64,000 nt of DNA, from the NCBI RefSeq assembly GCF_006345805.1, contig NC_043019.1, forward strand, positions 17,111,360 to 17,175,359, written 5' to 3'. Shown here in pieces: positions 13,564 through 25,736 of this stretch. The stretch's first letter is position 1; every line of letters begins with the position of its first letter. Both the position numbers and the translations under genes were made by a program. The stretch is from Octopus sinensis (taxonomy: Eukaryota). The notes under the pieces are model-generated. The model was given only the letters and a program-made list of their open reading frames with translations. It ran no database searches and was not told where the DNA came from.

Positions 13564-14067
13564 GGCGTAGGCGTGGCTGTGTGGTAAAGTTTGCTTACCA
13601 GCCATGTGGTTCCGGGTTCAGTCCCTCTGCGTGACACTTTGGGCAAGAGGCTCCTACTATAGCACCGGGCCAACCAAAGCCTTATGAGTAGATTTGGTAG
13701 ACGGAAACTGAAAGAAGCCTATCGTATACATACATACATACATACATACATACATGCATACATACATACATACATACATACATACATACATACATACATA
13801 CATGCATGCATACATACATGCATGCATGCATACATACATACATACATACATACATACATACATACATACTTGCATATGAATATCTTTGTGTCACCACCGA
13901 CTAACAACCGGTGTTGGTGTGTTTATGTCCCCGTAGCCTAGCGGTTCGGCAAAAGATACCGATAGAGTAAGTACCAGGCTTTTTTAAAAAGTAAGTACTT
14001 GTGTCGATTCGTTCGACTAAAATTCTTCAAGGTCCTGCTGCAGCATGGCCGTAGGAATCAAGTAAAA
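13564..14067 (+). mobile_element. SINE family A, full length, with expanded internal (TACA)n
   Basis: Head ggcgtaggcgtggctgtgtggtaa..ggttccgggttcagtccc, body ccaaagccttatgagtagatttggtagacggaaactgaaagaagcc, ~145-bp (TACA)n spacer, then the family tail. Confidence 0.85.
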
Positions 14068-14257
14068 TATATGAGATAAAGATTATATTTTTTAAAAAGT
14101 AGCTGTCCGCTTGTGACCGTAGAAGACCATTATTTTACCAATAGGAACATTGAACACTGAAGCAAATTTGTACCTTACACTTGTGGATCCGTCCATAACT
14201 AACGAGCCCAATAAACACACACGTTTGCACATATTGCAGACTAAACTTCTTCCATTC

Positions 14258-14946
14258 CAGTGGCGGCACGTAGATAATATTTGTGGGGGTGCCGCTTTAG
14301 AAAATTTCTAGCCGTTGTTTTAATATTGTGTAAAAGGAAAGCAACATATAAAAAGAAAATTTATACATAAACTTGATCGGTTTGCGTTTTAGCCACTGCC
14401 GGGTTGTGTGTTTAATTTGTTCACTGAACACCGCCGCGAATTCCCCCTTGTTTTTCAGTCCCCTCCCTAATCACAAAATAAGGCGGGGTGGGTGGAATGT
14501 GCCCTATTTTTCAAATCCTAGCCGCAACACTGAAGCTGGAAGCAGGATAATAATCTAATTCAACACTTTATCACATTCAGGAATATAAACACGTTTTTAA
14601 GCACAACACAGGCGGAGTCAAAAAGAAACAAAAGCTTTCACCAGCAGACTGGGGTCGGCACTGCATGAACCACAGTGCTCTATCTCCCTAGCATGCAGCA
14701 TCATATCCCGAACATGTGAGCATGTGCACAACAGCCAAACAGTTCGTTGCTAGAACTGTATTTTTTTCATAAATTTTTGTATTTTTTTTTCATAAACTAG
14801 GGGATGGTTACATTAAGCTCAAGGATTATATAATGTACAAGTATAAAGAAAGAATTAAAGAAAAAAGAACTCATTATATTGAATGTTATCGAGTGGAAAT
14901 AGGGGGGGACTGCAGTTCCGCAGTGCCTATACACGATCCGCCACTG
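14258..14946. mobile_element. Non-autonomous hAT-like element
   Basis: 9-bp TIR CAGTGGCGG...CCGCCACTG with a near-perfect 8-bp TSD (ttccattc / ctccattc). Confidence 0.65.
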
Positions 14947-15299
14947 CTCCATTCACTCCGCTGGTATTTTCAGGCAGTTTGCCCAAGTTCAGCATGAAAA
15001 TGCATCTTTCTTTAAAAATATCCGTTCCTTTCTTTATTTGTTCCCTCCATTGGTGGCGATGACAAGCATTGCTTTCCTAATTGACCTTCATATATCACAT
15101 GCCCTCAACAAGGACTTCATACTGTCCTTAAGCTGTTGTCTTGGTTTCTGCTGGGAATTTTCGACAAACAAGCTCCTCGTATCCGAAGGGGGGGGGCTGA
15201 AACGTTCGTTGACTGACTCTGAAGGGTTTATGCTAAAGCTGTGAAATCTTGCAAGAATTAGTTTCAACCCTTCTTATTAATAACTGCATTGTTTCTTTC

Positions 15300-15970
15300 C
15301 AGGTAAACTGACGTCTGACTGCTTAGAGAAGATTTCAAAAGTAACTAGTAGTGATTTCTCTTCAAAATGGATAAAATTTGGCAACGTGCTGTTATCAAGT
15401 ACCTGCAGAAAAAAGGGTTTAGCCCCCAAAGACATTCATGTTGACATGGTTGTTACACTAAGGGATTGCACTCCAGCTTTATCAACAGTATAAAATCGGG
15501 CAATTTGGGAAAGGAGACTCTTGAAGATGTCCAAAGGTGTTGCCGTCCTGCAACTGCCACCACCGAGGAAAACATTGATCGTGTTCACCACATGGTGATG
15601 GATGATGGGTTATTGACTATGAATCAAATATCCAATGCTATTAGCGTATCCTAAACTCAGAAGAACATAAACTCGAACGAAATACTGCTAAGCCTTTTGT
15701 CCAACGTGTTGACGATTCTGCCAGTTCGCCGCTTTCATAATAATTAATAATGGTTTCACATTTTAGCACAAGGCCAGCAATTTCGGAGGAGGCAGGTACT
15801 TATATTCTGCGCAATGAACTTGGCATGACGAAGGTTTCTGTTCGGTGGGGGTCACGTCTTCTGACACCTAGTCAGAAGCGCACTAGGCTGATCAGAGATC
15901 ATGGGGAAATCTGACATTGTTTGGGGTGGATTTCCTTGAACATTTCCTAAACCAGAAACGTTGCCTGGTT
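15300..15970 (+). mobile_element. Mariner (DD34D-type) transposase N-terminal relic, interrupted by SINE fragments at ~15652-15800
   Basis: MDKIWQRAVIKYLQKK..PKDIH, RPATATTEENIDRVHHMVMDD and ILRNELGMTKVSVRW..RLLTP in broken frames. Confidence 0.8.
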
Positions 15971-16258
15971 GCCAAGCATAAGTTGTGGACAGAACTGGGG
16001 ACTTACCCACGAGGACCCGTCTTCTCGCTCACTAGTTTCAGTCGTTACCAACACAAACTAGTCACAACACTACAAAACGTACATATTGGCTCATACGGTA
16101 ATAACTCTTGCAACTTTATTTTAAATCACTCGAAATCTTTTTCCCACAACAATAAATGCACCAAATTCTCAGCCAGTCTTCCTTCGAACCACCAGACGAT
16201 ACGAAATACAAGCAACAATTACACTCATACACCATTACTCATAAACATAATACATACA

Positions 16259-16348
<90 letters not shown>

Positions 16349-17102
16349 CACAATATATCATAGAAGTCGACGTATTAAAGAAAGCCAAGTCATATTCGAT
16401 TACTCACTGTTACGACGACATTTAAGCAACAGAAATCAACGACTTACAATGACGTACAAAACAATGCATTAGATTTATCATGGCTTGGGTATTTTTTTCT
16501 TTCTGTATGACAAACTGTAATAAACGACAGACAGCTTACACAAAACACTAAACCACACATCCACCAAAACAGGTTTCACATTGATCACACCTACAGACCG
16601 CCTACACAAACGAAACAGAAAAAACTAGAAATCAAGGACCGTCTGGATTATGCCAGGGATATGGCGTGTCGCCGAAGCATATTTGAATACTTTATTGTGT
16701 TTATGTAATTTTCAAGTTCCTATCATTCTATGAAAAGTTATCTCCAAATAGCCAAACGCCTACCTCTACTACATCGCCAGAACACTTTCTCGGTCACCCA
16801 ATTTGGACTAACATTAAAGAAAACACATTAACACAAAATAGTTGTTACATCGACAGCCCCAAACATTATGGTACGAGACAATCCCTATCACCTATCATCA
16901 AATGTGGCGGCGGCACATTTGATTATAATAATGGTTTCACATTTTAGCACAAGGCCAGCAATTTCGGAGGAGGGGTAAGTCGGTTACATTGACCCCAGTA
17001 CTCAACTGGTACTTATATTTATTGACCATCCGCGGAATTTGAACGTAGAACGTCGAGTCGGACGAAAATGCCGTGCTAACGATTCTTCCAGCTGGCCGCC
17101 TT

Positions 17103-17183
<81 letters not shown>

Positions 17184-17250
17184 AAGAAGAAGAAGAAGAA
17201 GAAGAAGAAGAAGAAGAAGAAGAAGAAGAAGAAGAAGAAGAAGAAGAAGA
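17103..17250. repeat. Compound trinucleotide array (AAC)n(AAT)n(AAG)n
   Basis: Directly visible; abuts the 5' head of a minus-strand SINE B (16926-17100). Confidence 0.95.
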
Positions 17251-17349
17251 ATCCTTTCTTCATTAACCACTGAGGGTTCGTATACAAGGATTGGGGACGG
17301 TTATGGGACAATACAATACAATCCCACTCTATGAGCGGGATTAGAACGT

Positions 17350-17900
17350 ATAAACAAAGAATAACAATGAAAATTCTAACATGTAAAATATTCAAAAGAA
17401 GGAGACTTTTTCCAAGGGCTGCTGGTGGAAACCCTACAAAAACCACGATCGCCCTGACCTCCTCTTCATCTGCCCTCAATCTAGAGGTGCTTTTCCTTAT
17501 TGGCCACAAGGATCACAAAAAAAAAAATAACAAAGACAAATGACAGTGGAAACTTACATAAAAAATGTATAACAATAACAAGGAAATTGCAACAACCAAA
17601 TTTCTTCATGGGGTAAAACACCACCCAGGGGCGACCAAGGAACCCCACCGATCCCGAGTTACTCTGCACACAAGGAGTACCATGGCAAATGTGCTTCTCT
17701 TTTCTGTACTTTTCAACCAACAGGCGCATGTTTTTTTAGTAACTCCAGATAGTTGGACAATGAGATGTCGGTAGGGTGGGGTCCAGGTACCTCCCTTTCC
17801 AACTGGAACTTGAAAAAGTCGAATGAGGTCTTGGGCAGATAGCAAAGTGTCTGTCCTTTCACTCTCGTCCACCACTCAATCTCTTTCGCTATAACCACCA
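17350..17900 (-). mobile_element. Possible L1/Tx1-type LINE 3' remnants
   Basis: Minus frame VVIAKEIEWWTRVKGQTL..FDFFKFQLERE resembles a Tx1 ORF2 C-terminus (recalled similarity). 17350-17480 looks like its 3' UTR. Confidence 0.4.
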
Positions 17901-18526
17901 GACAGAAAAAAATATCTGCCTTTCACGAACAAAGGAAGGTGGTGGGGCGATCTTCACGACGGAGTTGGCTGATACCCGTATTTCAAATTTCAGCACAAGA
18001 CCAGTAATTTTAAAGAGAGGGAGAGAGAGTACGTCGCTTACATCGATCCCAAAATGATGAAAGGCAAAGTCGACCTCAGTGGTAGTTGAACTCATGGCGT
18101 AATGAAGCGGAAGAAATGTAGTTGAGCATTTTGTCTGACGCACTAACGATATCGAAGATAGAAAGAAAAGGCTGAAAGGCAGTAATTGCCGCGCTTTGAC
18201 TGAGTTCCCATCGCCCCGTCTTCACTGCGACCCCTACCCAGGTTAAGGGATGCACAAAAATAGACTGGAGAGTGAAGTGTATGCAAAATACCCAGACTGT
18301 CACACTGCAATCCCATAATCCATTACCACGGGTCAGTCTGGTCCTCGGGTGTAACTGGATCTATGCGTCGGGTGTTTATCGGACTACTTGGATGAGAGCT
18401 GACCTTGTGGCGTTACAACTATCAGGTATAACAGACTGGGGAATGGTGAAGGTAGAACATATGCGGACTCTGGCTATACAGCCCCGACCCCCAAACACAA
18501 CCAACGCAAGTTAGAATGTGGAGTAA

Positions 18527-18757
18527 GGCGGCGAGCTGGCAGAACCGTTAGCGTGCCGGGCGAAATGCGTAGCCGTATTTCGCCTGCCGTTATGTTCTAA
18601 GTTCAAATTCCGCCGAGGTCGACTTTGCCTTTCATCCTTTCGGGGTCGATTAAATAAGAACCAGTTACGCACTGGGGTCGATCTAATCGACTTAATTCCT
18701 TTGTCTGTCTTTGTTTGTCCCCTCTATGTTTAGCTCCTTGTGGGCCAATAAAGAAAT
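18527..18757 (+). mobile_element. SINE family B, full length, young
   Basis: A-box-like head ggcggcgagctggcagaaccgttagc and B-box agttcaaattcc; CpGs intact. Confidence 0.9.
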
Positions 18758-19221
18758 CAGTTGGAATGTGCAGTAATGACACTCAGATTGGCATTTCTGG
18801 AACAATGGAACCGTGAGTGGCTCCTTAAATGTGAAAATGGTTTGAGTACCATAGACAAGGATCTACTATGACAAAACATTGATAAAGTTAGCGAAAACTC
18901 AAGTTTAATTAATCAGCAGGGAAGAGACAAAGTAGATAAAACACACCAAGACATAAACTGCTTTTGTCTACGCGAGGAGAGCAGCAATGGCGGTGGATAT
19001 GTAATAAATAAATAAATAAATAATGTCATAAAAATGTGCTGAGCAGAACGGCGAAGGCTGTGGTGTAACCTGAAACTTGGGAGACACAAATATAAATATT
19101 GATTCGTAGCAGACACATTGCTTTAATGTCAAGCCGAATGGCAGCGCACACACCAGAGATAAGCTCGTAAATACACCCCCTCATCACACACACACACACG
19201 CACGCGCGCGCGCACACACAC

Positions 19222-19258
<37 letters not shown>

Positions 19259-20089
19259 ACACACGCCGCAGGCCGGCCGGCCGGCTGGCTATAAATTACT
19301 TAAAAACGAAGACTGGAATGTGGCATTTAACCCCAGAATTGTTCTCTCAGCAATAACAAGCCTTGAATCCTCTCTCCTCCCATCAGCAGTAGACTTGATA
19401 CACTGGAACAAAAGAAATGCAAAGCCGGGTTCTTAAAACTTTCCTTTCAACCCCTCTTTGCATAACACCAGACGCAATTATGACATAAGACGTTCAAACC
19501 GAGTGATTTTGTGCTGCAAGCGTGTAATCCGAACCTTTTGAAAACAACAACAAAAACCATTTAATTCCTGAATATTTTAAATTGGTGAAAACAATTTCTT
19601 CTCTTACAAGGAGAAGAAATGAAATAAAATTTATGTTTCTTCTCTTCAAGAAGACAAAATTTATATTCAGCAAAAACAGTTTTAACTTAAACCGAAACTA
19701 ATATCAGTAAAATTCTTCTTAAATCTAAAACGCAGACTCTAATCACCTCGGCAATTAATTTCCTGTCTAGCATGCGTGATTTCGGAGAAGAAAAATAAAA
19801 GTATGTTTTAAAAAATCAAAGAAGTTAGTAGAAACGAAAATTGCTGGCCCACTGAATAACAGCTATTTTGTGACGAAGCCATCAAGGAGACAAGTGTTCT
19901 CCTTCACCTCAAACATTACTAATTTTGGAAGGCTGCCAGCAGCTGAAAATTCTATGAATTGTTGAAAGAGTGCTATCATATTCCCACGCTCCAATAACTG
20001 TCGCTTATCTCCACCTTCTGTCCTCCTTCTTTTCTTTGTCTTGTCTATCCCTGCACAACTACAACAGCTCCCTCCTCCCACATAACTAT

Positions 20090-20130
20090 ATATCTATCTT
20101 TATCTATCTATCACTATCTATCTATCTATC

Positions 20131-20198
<68 letters not shown>

Positions 20199-20310
20199 CC
20201 CTCTATCTATCTATCTACCATCTATCTATCTATCTATCTATTACCTATCTATCTATCTATCTATCTATCTACCCATCTATCTATCTATCTATCTACCCAT
20301 CTATCTATCT

Positions 20311-20349
<39 letters not shown>

Positions 20350-20496
20350 TCTATCTATCTATCTATCTATCTACCCATCTATCTATCTATCTACCCATCT
20401 ATCTATCTATCTATCTATTTACCTATCTATCTATCTATCTATCTACCCATCTATCTATCTATCTATCTACCCATCTATCTATCTATCTATCTACCC

Positions 20497-20542
<46 letters not shown>

Positions 20543-20592
20543 TTACCTATCTATCTATCTATCTACCCATCTATCTATCTATCTATCTACCC

Positions 20593-20626
<34 letters not shown>

Positions 20627-20670
20627 ATATCTATCTATCTATCTATCCATCTATCCATCTATCCATCTAG

Positions 20671-20733
<63 letters not shown>
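20090..20733. repeat. Long (ATCT)n tetranucleotide array with ACCC variants
   Basis: Directly visible; it explains the 282-aa YLSI ORF. Confidence 0.97.
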
Positions 20734-20735
<2 letters not shown>

Positions 20736-20779
20736 CGTCTGTCTGTCTCTGTCTTAAAGAATATATGCGTCGAAAATGG

Positions 20780-20819
<40 letters not shown>

Positions 20820-21547
20820 TCATTTGCTTTGTCTTCGATATAAAGGTTCCACATAAAATGCAATGATTTCTTTCAGTTAGGACTCAAAGACATTTTGTAA
20901 AGAGGATTTAATTTTTTTCGTAACGATTAAATGGTCCCACTGTCTTAAGGACAGTTATGTTATCGCTGTCGGAAGGAATAATTGAAAAAAATAAAAAATG
21001 AATAAGTAACATGAATAAAATACTCAATGAACAGTTTTTGTATCGTTAAAAATAGAAAATTAACGAAAAAAAATCTGGGATTCCCGACGTTGCCCGGGGT
21101 TTTAGACCGGAATGTTACCCATTTGTTAAACGAAAATCAACAGAAAAGTTCCCCTTTTTTTGAGAAGCGGGCCGCATGGGACATGGTTTATCATCAGGCA
21201 GGCTGCATTACTAAAACAAATCCAAAGTAATTTTTCGCTAGGCATGCCATCCAGAAAGTCTCGCGGGCCGCACTTCGCTTCGGAAACAATAGCTTTTATC
21301 TGTGTTACAGAATTTATTTGGATTTCAATACCTCTCCATAATAGGATTTGACATGCGCGGGCGCATTGCTTCTCCTTTATTTGTGTTTCTGTTATATATA
21401 CAAATATGAATAGACGAACGCAAATTAAACGTCTATTCCATTATACGTATGGAGAGACGTCCCTGATTACTTCAGCATGGCCACAGACTTAGGGTTGAAA
21501 CATATAAAAGTAATACATACATAGACACACACACACACATACATACA

Positions 21548-21645
21548 TACATGTAGGTATGTATGTATGTATGTATGTATGTATGTATGTATGTATGTAT
21601 GTATGTATGTATGTATGTATGTATGTATGTATGTATGTATGTGTG
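21548..21645. repeat. (TATG)n microsatellite
   Basis: Directly visible. Confidence 0.95.
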
Positions 21646-21839
21646 TACGTGCACGCAAACACATACATACACAAACACATACATACGTACATAAGGCGAA
21701 TTGACAGAATCGTTGGAGCATCGTATAAGAATAACTTGTAGTATTCGTTCCAGCTCCCTGCCTTCAGGTTCGAATTCCACCAACGTCAACTTCGTCTTTC
21801 ATTTCTTTGAAGGTCGATAAATAAAATAGCATTTCTCTG

Positions 21840-21883
<44 letters not shown>

Positions 21884-22260
21884 AGAAGAAATACGCTCCT
21901 GGACTGACCCGGAGAAGGATAGGTTCCTCCCTCTTTAAATGCCCAAGAGTCCAACACACACCGCATATCACCCTGTTCGAGAAGAAGAGCGGCTACAGTG
22001 ATTGCAACAACTTCAATGAAATATCCCCTTTCACCATTATCGGTTCAGGTGTTTTGGTCAGACTGAGGTTGTTAGATTAAAGGTGATAATTGATCGCATG
22101 TATCTCTCCATAAAATCGCTTTATTATTGATACCATATTTTCTGTGATACACCTCGATTTCGTTGATTTCTCGTCTGTTGAAGTGAACTCTTCAAGTTAT
22201 AACAGAGAGTTGACTGTTCATTGAAGTTGCTGAGTAAAATCTACGGCCATATGAGAGAGG

Positions 22261-22520
22261 GGATCTTTTCGGTTTGAACGGCAGTTTTTAAAAATAATTT
22301 CCACGTAACTAAACACTTTTAAACTTCGTATACTGGTAGAATGTGTTCATAAAACACCTTATACTCTTGGCTTTATTGAGAAAATTCTATAGTTTGTAAG
22401 ATATGTGTTTTTTTTCAATTTCTGGAATTTCAACCAATCAATGACGTCTATTGAGGTGAAAACATTCTGTGCCTTATGAATATGTCCCTCTTTTAAGAAA
22501 CAGATTGGGTTTATTTATTT
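22261..22520. mobile_element. Half copy (one arm) of the foldback element at 26371-27052
   Basis: Begins GGATCTTTTC.gtttgaacggcagttt and continues colinearly with the reverse complement of ~26790-27052. Confidence 0.75.
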
Positions 22521-22930
22521 AGAAGCATGCTCACAGTTTGCTCTAATCATTAGCATAAAGGAAACCCACTGATATATCTCAAGACACTGTCCACCTTCCT
22601 TTATTTCTGTTAACGACTCTACACTCAGAGAAGGAAAGAACTTTCCATATTCTGGCTTCAATCAGACCAATAATTTATCGCTTGAAGTCGAGTTTAATTC
22701 GCAATTCAGAATCGTAGCTATTGTGATGGCTAAATTCTCCGACAGAGTTTCGGGAGCAAAAACTTTACACTGAGCACGTAAAATGAGGATGAATCAAACT
22801 TGTATCTTCAACACTTTCCTATATTGGGCGATCTACGGTAGATCTGAGAGAAACTTAAATGTGACCGCGTGTGTACTGTTGGCGATTTTTTTCTTCCGTC
22901 TTCCCTTCTCTGGATCTTTCCTTTTCCTAT

Positions 22931-22965
22931 GTTTCTGACGAAGAGCTCCGCTCGAAACGTTAAAC
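22931..22965 (+). ncRNA. Minimal type-I hammerhead ribozyme motif (Penelope-associated)
   Basis: GTTT-CTGACGA-A-GAGC(TCC)GCTC-GAA-ACGT-T-AAAC: stem I GTTT/AAAC, core CUGANGA and GAAA, stem II 4 bp, palindromic ACGT replacing stem III, NUH = GUU. Confidence 0.7.
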
Positions 22966-23419
22966 CCTCCTTCTTTCCTGAGCGTCCAATAATACTATAC
23001 TTGTTCCACGTCCTCGCGTTGTTGTGTTTTCTCTTTGTGTTTTCATGTTTATATATATATATAATATTAGGGAATAAATCCAAACTTACAGGGAATTAGA
23101 TTATCTCTAATTTAATATAATATATATATATATGAAAGAAAGAAAATGGAATTGATGAGATCCTTTATTCACATAAAGAATAAAGTCTGGTGAGTTGCAT
23201 TTTTTTTCTCATATCTTTATAAACTCTACGGACACAAAGGAACTCCTGGACTAAATCCAGTGGTGTATACTTCCATTCTGTTGTCGACATCAGGTAGCTG
23301 AATATTGTGAACGGGCTTTAAACGGCAAACTACGAGGTGTATACCTGAATATAATTATTACACGTACACACACACACACACACACACATATATATTCCAT
23401 ACTCGATCGCATGGAAAAC

Positions 23420-23860
23420 ACTCGAGAACTCAAGCCCCTACATAAACGGGACGAAACGGTGCAAGTTATGCATTGCTGAACGTACGAGGATCCTTAAAGA
23501 CTCGTTCGTACCTGGGAGAATCATGAACTGCAGGACGGAGATTTCCAGGCCGTGCATTTTAGAAAATTCCTACTGGCCTTTTGGAATCCGCACGGCGGCA
23601 CCACAGCCGGAAACCAATATCCAAAGCCGAAGGGAGACAATCATTTACCTTCGCGGTGCTTTAGTGACCGCAAGATGGCAGTGCGGCCGAATATCGCTGG
23701 ACTATGGCAAAGGGAGATAATCGCCCAGGGTTTTACCCTTAAAAACAAGACTTTCTCCTTATTTTAATGAGGTTACAGGCCAGCAGTGTTTGGGGCCTGA
23801 AGATACGCCGTTAAGCTAAACTCCTAATGAGCGAGAAACCCAGGGTAACCCCATAGACAG
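23420..23860 (+). mobile_element. Penelope-like element 3' fragment (GIY-YIG endonuclease C-terminus)
   Basis: RELKPYINGTKRCKLCIAERTRILKDSFVPGRIMNCRTEISRPC matches the PLE PY..KRC.LC..E...I..LN.R.EI...C tail motif. Confidence 0.7.
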
Positions 23861-23884
23861 GCCTACTCCATTATAATATTCTTT

Positions 23885-24441
23885 TCTACTCTAGACACTA
23901 GGCCCAAAATTTTGGGGGAGGGAGCCAGTCGATCAGATAAATTCCAGTACGCAACACCGAAAGGATAAAAGGCAAAGTCAACCTCGGCGGAATTTGAACT
24001 CAGAACATAAAGACAGACGAAATACCTATTTCTTTACTACCCACAAGGGGCTAAACACAGAGGGGACAAACAAGGACTGACAAACGGATCAAGTCGATTA
24101 TATCGACCCCAGTGCGTAACTGGTGGTTAATTTATCGACCCCGAAAGGATGAAAGGCAAAGTCGACCTCGGCGGAATTTGAACTCAGAACGTAGCGACAG
24201 ACGAAATACCTATTTCTTTACTACCCACAAGGGGCTAAACATAGAGGGGACAAACAAGGACAGACAAACGGATTAAGTCGATTATATCGACCCCAGTGCG
24301 TAACTGGTACTTACTTAATCGACCCCGAAAGGATGAAAGGCAAAGTCGACCTCGGTGGAATTTGAACTCAGAACGTAGCGACAGACGAAATACCGCTAAG
24401 CATTTCGCCCGGTGTGCTAACGATTCTGCCAGCTTGCCGCC
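23885..24441 (-). mobile_element. SINE family B with internal 184-bp tandem repeats
   Basis: ccgaaagga recurs at 23957, 24141 and 24325; a single head at 24441. Confidence 0.9.
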
Positions 24442-24644
24442 TTCATATTCAATATATTTCTTGGAGAAATATCTCTTCAAAATACAATATACTAAACCAG
24501 TGTATCTTGGATAAAAAATATCCCTACAAGAGGTCTAAATATCCTCATAGTGACTATATATATATATATTGTAGGAGGGTAAAACTGCTCTACGTGTGGT
24601 GCTTCTGCGGATTTATGAATTTCTACAAATGATCCTATATATAT

Positions 24645-24680
<36 letters not shown>

Positions 24681-25020
24681 CTTAATAAATAGGGTTCAGC
24701 AAAGATTTTCTTTACCACATACCGAAATTTAGAAATAGCAGCCAAAAAACGTTAGCTATTTCTTCTACTTAATTTATTAAGTATTACTTATGTTTACCAT
24801 GAAATGGTCCTTTTTTCATGCCGAATTCTGCTTGGTGAAATTATTGATTAATTCTTAATTAATTAATTTTACGGTTCGGCAAAAGAGACCAATAGAATAA
24901 GTACTGGGCTTACAAAGAATAAGTCCAGGGGTCGATTTGCTCAACTAAAGGCGGTGCTCCAGCATGGCCGCAGTCAAATGACTGAAACAAGTAAAAGAGT
25001 AAAGAGTAAGAGTTATTATT

Positions 25021-25054
<34 letters not shown>

Positions 25055-25699
25055 TACATATTCATACAATGTTCAGGGAGCGTTGGTTGCGATGGAATGG
25101 TCACGTGTGTGCATAGACAGAGATCGTGTTCCTAACGATCTACTGTACTATCAGTTTGTCCCTACTTGAGACATAGGGCTGCGTGCAAAAGGGGCCCTTG
25201 TTTAGTGCATCTTAAAATAGAGAGATGGGAGTACATAAACATCAAACTGTTTGTCCCGGGAAAATGTGATGAAGATGGTGGAGACAAAAACCGTGGCTGA
25301 TCTAAACCCGCTTTGCACACAAAAGAGGAATACAGAATTCCTCATGACAACCCACCATTTAAGTATGATGACCTCCACTCCTTAATTGGCCCTCACTGTC
25401 ATCACAGACACTGTAACTACAGAATTTGCAAAGGAGAGGCATGAAGGAACGAAAATGAACTTTTCGTTTTCTTCTATGGACAGAGGGCGCTGATGATGAC
25501 AACGACCTGTGAAGAGTAAAAGTGATGTTATACTTTCCGATAGACAGAGAGAGAGAGAAAGAGAGGGGGGAGAAGGTGGAGTTAAGTGTGGGGGGGGGGG
25601 GGAAAGAATTTGATGGGCGTGAGTAGGAGGAAGAAAAAGAAAGAGAGAAAGGAAGCAGCGTATTGGGTGAATGTAAAATATGTTCAAACGAAATACAGA

Positions 25700-25736
<37 letters not shown>

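Noticed and set aside
15990-16210. Isolated minus-strand GTAAGT donor after CpG-rich unique sequence
   Set aside because: No acceptor or ORF support; could be a UTR exon but cannot be supported from sequence.
16897-16923. 10-bp-stem hairpin atcaaatgtg-gcggcgg-cacatttgat as a Helitron 3' end
   Set aside because: No CTRR terminus at the expected distance on either strand.
16937-17509. 190-aa ORF with poly-F/poly-L
   Set aside because: Reads through a trinucleotide array and SINE/LINE debris.
19863-20081. 72-aa minus ORF (..[21 protein letters not shown]..)
   Set aside because: No splice signals or homology recognised.
19970-20818. 282-aa ORF (YLSI repeats)
   Set aside because: Translation of the (ATCT)n microsatellite.
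23885-24441. CRISPR-like periodic repeat
   Set aside because: The 184-bp units are SINE-derived with no unique spacers, in a eukaryotic context.
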